From Prochlorococcus marinus str. NATL2A (GTDB taxonomy: Bacteria; Cyanobacteriota; Cyanobacteriia; PCC-6307; Cyanobiaceae), in contig NC_007335.2 of the NCBI RefSeq assembly GCF_000012465.1, positions 150,001 through 182,000 of the forward strand: DNA of 32,000 nucleotides, read 5' to 3'. Below, in pieces: positions 27,679 to 32,000 of the stretch. Every line of letters begins with the position of its first letter. Position 1 is the stretch's first letter. Below the pieces are notes generated by a model. It was given only the letters and a program-made list of their open reading frames with translations, was not told where the DNA came from and searched no databases. Position numbers and translations under genes: made by a program.

Positions 27679-28575
27679 ATGACTATTGCCTGGGTCTTTC
27701 CTGGACAAGGCTCTCAAAAATTAGGTATGGCAAATTCTTTGCAAGACTTGCCTGGTTCTAGAGAAAGATTTGAATTAGCCTCTCAAATTCTTGGAAGAGA
27801 TCTTTGGAAAATCTGTTCTGGTGAAGTGGCTCCAAATGAAGAAATATATGACTTAAACGATACTAGAAACACTCAACCTGCACTTTTTGTTGTTGAGTCA
27901 CTATTGGTTGATGATTTAAAAAGACAAGGAAGAGAAACCCACATGATTGCAGGCCATAGTCTCGGAGAAATAGTTGGTCTTTACTCAGCAGATGTTTTAG
28001 ATGCGAAGACAGCGTTAATACTTTTAAAAAAAAGATCTGAATTGATGGCAGCGGCAGGAGGAGGAGCAATGATTGCAGTAATGGGATTTGATCGAGATGA
28101 ATTAGATGATTTGATCAGAGAAACTGAGGGTGCATCCATAGCTAATGACAATAGTGAATCTCAAGTTGTTTTATCTGGTTCACCTGAAGCAGTGAGGAAA
28201 GTGGCTGATAATTTAAAATGTAAAAGAGCTATTCCTTTAAAAGTTTCTGGTGCTTTTCACTCAATATTTATGACTGAAGCTTCTAAAAGCTTTAACGAAG
28301 AACTTGATCAAGTAACTTTTCAAGATTCGCAAGTTCCTGTGCTTAGCAATGTTGATCCAACTCCAACTGTAAATGGTGACATATTGAAAGATCGCCTAAA
28401 AAAACAAATGACCACAGGTGTTAGATGGAGAGAGACTATGCAGGTGATGCAAAATAAAGGGATAACAACAATGGTTGAGATTGGACCTGGGAACGTGCTT
28501 AGCGGTCTTGCTAAACGATCAATGAAAGGGACAATGACTAGTCAAATATCAAATGCCAGTGATTTGGGTTATTGA
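27679..28575 (+). CDS. fabD: Malonyl-CoA:ACP transacylase
   Basis: FPGQGSQ, the GHSLGE nucleophile elbow, and the SGAFHS region. Confidence 0.9.
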   Translation: MTIAWVFPGQGSQKLGMANSLQDLPGSRERFELASQILGRDLWKICSGEVAPNEEIYDLNDTRNTQPALFVVESLLVDDLKRQGRETHMIAGHSLGEIVGLYSADVLDAKTALILLKKRSELMAAAGGGAMIAVMGFDRDELDDLIRETEGASIANDNSESQVVLSGSPEAVRKVADNLKCKRAIPLKVSGAFHSIFMTEASKSFNEELDQVTFQDSQVPVLSNVDPTPTVNGDILKDRLKKQMTTGVRWRETMQVMQNKGITTMVEIGPGNVLSGLAKRSMKGTMTSQISNASDLGY

Positions 28576-29258
28576 TTTTGGAACAATTTAGAATTGTTGA
28601 AGGAGTTGAACAAATCAATAAAAATATGCCTCGACAAAGTTTTGTTTATGCTTGCGTAAGTTATCTCTTTGTTTTTCCGATTTTTCGTTTTTTGTTTAGA
28701 GGTCAAACGAAAGGGATTTCGAATTTACCTAATACAGGTGGGGTTGTCATTGTATCTAATCACGGTTCTCACCTGGACCCTCCGATTTTGGGCCATGCTT
28801 TGGGCAGACCAGTAGCTTTTATGGCAAAATCTGAACTTTTCAATGTGCCTCTTTTGTCATTCATAATTTCTGCTTGTGGTGCCTATCCAGTTAAGAGGGG
28901 TGCTGGAGATAGAGAAGCACTAAGAAATGCTTCTAATCGATTAGTTGAAGGTTGGGCTACAGGTGTATTTTTGGATGGAACCAGACAAGAAAATGGAAGA
29001 GTTAATGATCCTAAAGCAGGCGCTGCTCTATTGGCTGCGAGGACAGGTTCTCCTATTCTTCCTGTGGCAATAGTTAATAGTCACAGAGCTTTTCCAAAAG
29101 GATCCCTTCTTCCCCGATTTGTATCTATTCATTTAAGAGTTGGTGAATTAATCCAACCTCCTAAAACACGTAAAAGAGAAGATTTAACATCAACAACTAA
29201 AGAAATTCAAATATCTATAAATTCAATGTTGGATCAAGGCCTTATAAAGAATATTTGA
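28572..29258 (+). CDS. plsC: 1-acyl-sn-glycerol-3-phosphate acyltransferase
   Basis: HX4D motif in VSNHGSHLDP, plus FLDGTR (block III-like) and a PILPVAI block. Overlaps the fabD stop by 4 nt. Confidence 0.8.
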   Translation: MILEQFRIVEGVEQINKNMPRQSFVYACVSYLFVFPIFRFLFRGQTKGISNLPNTGGVVIVSNHGSHLDPPILGHALGRPVAFMAKSELFNVPLLSFIISACGAYPVKRGAGDREALRNASNRLVEGWATGVFLDGTRQENGRVNDPKAGAALLAARTGSPILPVAIVNSHRAFPKGSLLPRFVSIHLRVGELIQPPKTRKREDLTSTTKEIQISINSMLDQGLIKNI

Positions 29259-29309
29259 CCTTAAACTATCTCTGTAGAATATAAAAATATTCGAACTTAT
29301 TTATATTGA

Positions 29310-30026
29310 TTATTTATTGTCAATTGGTGAAGTTGGGTAGATGGGCAATGTTTTTCTCCAATCAGATGACAAATTTGAATCATGACAATATTGAGAAAAA
29401 TTGATAAGTGAGATGATATCTTTTTCGATATTATTAGAAGCCTCGATAGAGGGATTCAAAATTTTTTCATTACTTGTTAACTGTGGAGAAATTATTTCAT
29501 TAAACTCATGGAAATTTGACCCTTTGTGAATTTTAACTAGTTGATACTTGCCAGCGACAATTCCTCTTCGTGGCAAAAGATCTTTTATCCAAAATGAATT
29601 CAAGATTTGATTTTTATTAAGATCTTTGTAAAGTCTTGGAGCCATTAAATGAAATGAACTCATGGAATCTAATGAACAATCAATTTGCTGAGCAATTGTT
29701 CTAGCCATTGAGATTGTTAGTCTTGTACTGGTAAAACTTCCAGGGCCTTTTGCTACTGAAATGCGGATTATTTGCTTCCAAAACTTTCTAGGCAGCATTG
29801 TTTCAATACAACTAAATAATTTGTTCGATAATGATCGCCCAATATTAAATACTTCGCTTCTTATTATTTTTTCTGAATTTTCAGTATCCTTAATGGCAAT
29901 TCCGAAGGATTGTGAGGAGCTATGTAGTGCTAATAAAAATTTTGATTTTGAGTTATGGAAATTTGTCAACTGATTTATTATTATTGTTATTTTGGAATTT
30001 CTTCCCCAGGACGAAGCCTGCTCCAT
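29310..30026 (-). CDS. tsaB: tRNA t6A biosynthesis protein TsaB (YeaZ, inactive M22 peptidase homolog)
   Basis: LLALHSSSQSFGIAI (ASKHA N-terminus) and AKGPGSFTSTRLTISMARTIAQ (compare GPGSFTGLRIG). The annotated ATG overlaps ycf34 by 40 nt. An in-frame TTG at 29969 would remove the overlap. Confidence 0.7.
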   Translation of the reverse strand: MEQASSWGRNSKITIIINQLTNFHNSKSKFLLALHSSSQSFGIAIKDTENSEKIIRSEVFNIGRSLSNKLFSCIETMLPRKFWKQIIRISVAKGPGSFTSTRLTISMARTIAQQIDCSLDSMSSFHLMAPRLYKDLNKNQILNSFWIKDLLPRRGIVAGKYQLVKIHKGSNFHEFNEIISPQLTSNEKILNPSIEASNNIEKDIISLINFSQYCHDSNLSSDWRKTLPIYPTSPIDNK

Positions 30027-30238
30027 TTCCCTAGATCTTGGTGAAAACTATCGCACCCTCTTACATCCCATTCAATGCCTGTTTCGCTATCTGGCATGTC
30101 AATAATATTGATGTGTATTTTGGGGTTTGTGCCTTGAAAATCTGGATTTTTGGAAAGGTGTTTGACTTGGTGATGTTCTTCAACTGTGTAGTAGGTCTTA
30201 CATCTATCTACCCAAGCACAATCAACACAGATGCACAT
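29987..30238 (-). CDS. ycf34: Ycf34 (small Fe-S protein)
   Basis: MCICVDCAWVDRCKTY N-terminal cysteine motif and an ~80-aa size, characteristic of Ycf34. Confidence 0.85.
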   Translation of the reverse strand: MCICVDCAWVDRCKTYYTVEEHHQVKHLSKNPDFQGTNPKIHINIIDMPDSETGIEWDVRGCDSFHQDLGKWSRLRPGEEIPK

Positions 30239-30267
30239 AACTATTAAAGTAAAATCTAGGTGTCATT

Positions 30268-31455
30268 TTGATAAGTAAGGACACATTACTATCAAATGAT
30301 CTTTTTGGAGATTTAAATCCAAGAGATTGGCCCATATCAATATCTGACTTACCTCCTGGCAGTGCCTTGGTCGGCGGTTCAGTCAGAGATGCATTATTGA
30401 ACAAATTGAGTCAAAAACCTGATTTGGATTTTGTAATACCAACAAATGCCATTAATTTCAGCGAAAACTTATCTAAAAAGATTAATGGCACATTTATAAA
30501 GCTTGATGAAAAAAGAGATATTGCTCGACTAGTGATTAATGGTTGGACCCTGGATTTTGCTCGACAAGTTGGAGAAAATCTCCAAGATGATTTACTAAGA
30601 CGTGATTTTCGAATTAATGCAATTGCTTTAAGGCTTACAGGAAAACCAGAGATTTTTGATCCAACTGGAGGAATTAATGATTTAAAAAGTAAGAAAATAG
30701 TTGCAATTAGTGAAAAGAACTTACTTGACGACCCTTTGAGGATTCTTAGGGGGTTTCGATTTATGTGTGAATTAGATTTTGAGTTAGAGAAAAAAACTAA
30801 AACGTTTCTCAAAAATAATGTGGATAAATTAAGTAATATTGCACCTGAGAGGATGAAAATGGAGATCTTAAAAATAGTTAATTCAAAATGGAATTCTTCA
30901 GTTTGGAAAACATATTTAGAACTTCAATTATTGAACGAATGGAATGATAATAATTTCCCTTATATTGAATTGGAAAGAAAAGATATTTCTACGAAAAATC
31001 TAATATTTGGAAGCTTTTTATCGAAACTAATTTTTTTACTTAGTGATGAGGGCTTGTCTCGTTTGACCTTTAGTAAAAATCAAATAAAAAGATGTAAGAA
31101 CCTTAGATTCTGGGTTCATAAAATTAATAAATTAGATGATCTTTCCGAAGATGAAAGATTTCAACTTCACATTGATTTGGAAGAGGATTTGCCCTCTTTC
31201 ATCCTTTTTTTGAAAGAAAGGGATTCAAGTCCTTGGTTAAAACGCTGGAAAGACCCCCACGATCCCCTCTTTCACCCCTCTGCGCCTTTTGATGGCCATT
31301 TGCTTCAAAAAGCTTTTGGAATCCCTCCTGGTCCGTTCTTAGGCGAACTTATTAGGTATCTTTCCAGGGAAAAAGCTTATGGGAGAATCTCCACAAACAA
31401 TGAGGCTATGGAGGTCGCTCGTAAATGGACCCTAGAGAATTCCCCCTTTTTGTGA
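30268..31455 (+). CDS. cca: Class II tRNA nucleotidyltransferase / poly(A) polymerase family, probable CCA-adding enzyme
   Basis: GGSVRDALL...DLDFV (motif A), RRDFRINAI (motif B), DDPLRILRGFRF (motif D), PERMKMEILK (motif E). TTG start. Confidence 0.75.
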   Translation: MISKDTLLSNDLFGDLNPRDWPISISDLPPGSALVGGSVRDALLNKLSQKPDLDFVIPTNAINFSENLSKKINGTFIKLDEKRDIARLVINGWTLDFARQVGENLQDDLLRRDFRINAIALRLTGKPEIFDPTGGINDLKSKKIVAISEKNLLDDPLRILRGFRFMCELDFELEKKTKTFLKNNVDKLSNIAPERMKMEILKIVNSKWNSSVWKTYLELQLLNEWNDNNFPYIELERKDISTKNLIFGSFLSKLIFLLSDEGLSRLTFSKNQIKRCKNLRFWVHKINKLDDLSEDERFQLHIDLEEDLPSFILFLKERDSSPWLKRWKDPHDPLFHPSAPFDGHLLQKAFGIPPGPFLGELIRYLSREKAYGRISTNNEAMEVARKWTLENSPFL

Positions 31456-31521
31456 TTAACTACACACAAATCAAATTAATCTCGGCCGTATGCCGTCGTC
31501 TCCTTATCCCCTTTTTTCTAA

Positions 31522-31953
31522 ATGAGTGTTCGTCTTTACATCGGTAATTTGCCGCAGAATGTCAATGTTAAAGAACTTGAAGCCCTCCTAACATCTATTG
31601 GAGAAGGCATCAAATTTAAAGCTGTTTTCGATAGAGATACCAAAGCTTGCAGGGGATTTGGGTTCGCGAATATTAAAGATGAGAATGTTGCAAATGAGCT
31701 TATTGAAAAATTAAATGGTCAAGAATTTAATGGTAATAAATTGAGGGTTGAGCGTTCTGAGCGTAAAGATTCAAATTCCGGAAATTCAAGACGAGGAGGG
31801 AACGCCAATAATGGAAATAAAGGTTCTAGTCGTAAAGATGTTAAGAAAGTTGTACATAGCGATGCGCCAATGAAAGAAGCTCCAGATCCAAGATGGGCTG
31901 GAGAACTATCAAAATTAAAAGATCTTTTAGCTAATCAAAAAACTCCCGCTTAA
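31522..31953 (+). CDS. RRM-type RNA-binding protein with basic N/G/S/R-rich tail
   Basis: RNP2 LYIGNL and RNP1 RGFGFANI. C-terminal SNSGNSRRGGNANNGNKGSSRK tail and a conserved-looking PDPRWAGEL end. Confidence 0.9.
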   Translation: MSVRLYIGNLPQNVNVKELEALLTSIGEGIKFKAVFDRDTKACRGFGFANIKDENVANELIEKLNGQEFNGNKLRVERSERKDSNSGNSRRGGNANNGNKGSSRKDVKKVVHSDAPMKEAPDPRWAGELSKLKDLLANQKTPA

Positions 31954-32000
31954 ATATTCAATTAATTAGTGTTCTAAGTTTATATTTTTCATCGTTGATG

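Noticed and set aside
752-30404. Remaining short ORFs in the track: 752-991, 5901-6158, 6065-6253, 9699-9887, 14142-14351, 14880-15095, 20375-20596, 21593-21784, 22522-22761, 23447-23653, 24297-24503, 25578-25814, 25958-26149, 26659-26871, 26937-27212, 27044-27241, 27863-28069, 29761-29973, 30038-30247, 30222-30404
   Set aside because: All are 60-91 aa and overlap larger, motif-supported genes on the opposite strand. Two of them (24297-24503 and 30222-30404) also run into the adjacent spacer. None shows a recognisable domain.
30411-30812. 133-aa ORF antisense to the nucleotidyltransferase gene
   Set aside because: It lies entirely inside a well-supported CDS on the other strand. Its S/K/L/F-rich low-complexity composition is typical of the antisense frame of AT-rich genes. 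No motif was found.
1-32000. Search for CRISPR arrays, IS elements or transposases, integrases, prophage genes, and restriction-modification, toxin-antitoxin or other defence modules
   Set aside because: I saw no regularly spaced direct repeats, no terminal inverted repeats flanking an ORF, and no DDE, tyrosine- or serine-recombinase-like motifs. Every large ORF has a housekeeping assignment or a conserved-hypothetical look. Composition appears uniform by eye.

Overview
This window looks like conserved core chromosome from a low-GC, very compact marine picocyanobacterium, most likely Prochlorococcus. That call rests on cyanobacterial marker genes (ycf3, ycf34, ndhO, crtQ, rpaA, rpaB), AT-rich codon usage and minimal spacers. 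I support 38 complete protein genes, one partial CDS at the left edge and one tRNA-Asn(GTT). The content is housekeeping: shikimate, heme, carotenoid, cysteine, Fe-S, phospholipid and fatty-acid synthesis (plsX-fabH-fabD-plsC), replication and repair (holB, tmk, radA), a Cu(I) P-type ATPase, and the two OmpR-type regulators RpaA and RpaB. I see no CRISPR array, transposase, integrase, phage gene, restriction or toxin module, rRNA, or obvious pseudogene or frameshift. I therefore do not claim a new defence or mobile system here. The items most worth a second look are: (1) a single-chain tandem PTPS with an asymmetric active site, abutting a stand-alone RibD-C reductase; (2) a 362-nt repeat- and hairpin-rich spacer between tRNA-Asn and rpaA, the largest non-coding stretch in the window; (3) four alternating-strand genes (3009-5273) with no intergenic DNA; (4) a ~96-aa low-complexity N-terminal extension on PlsX. 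All product calls come from motif recognition by eye, with no database search.
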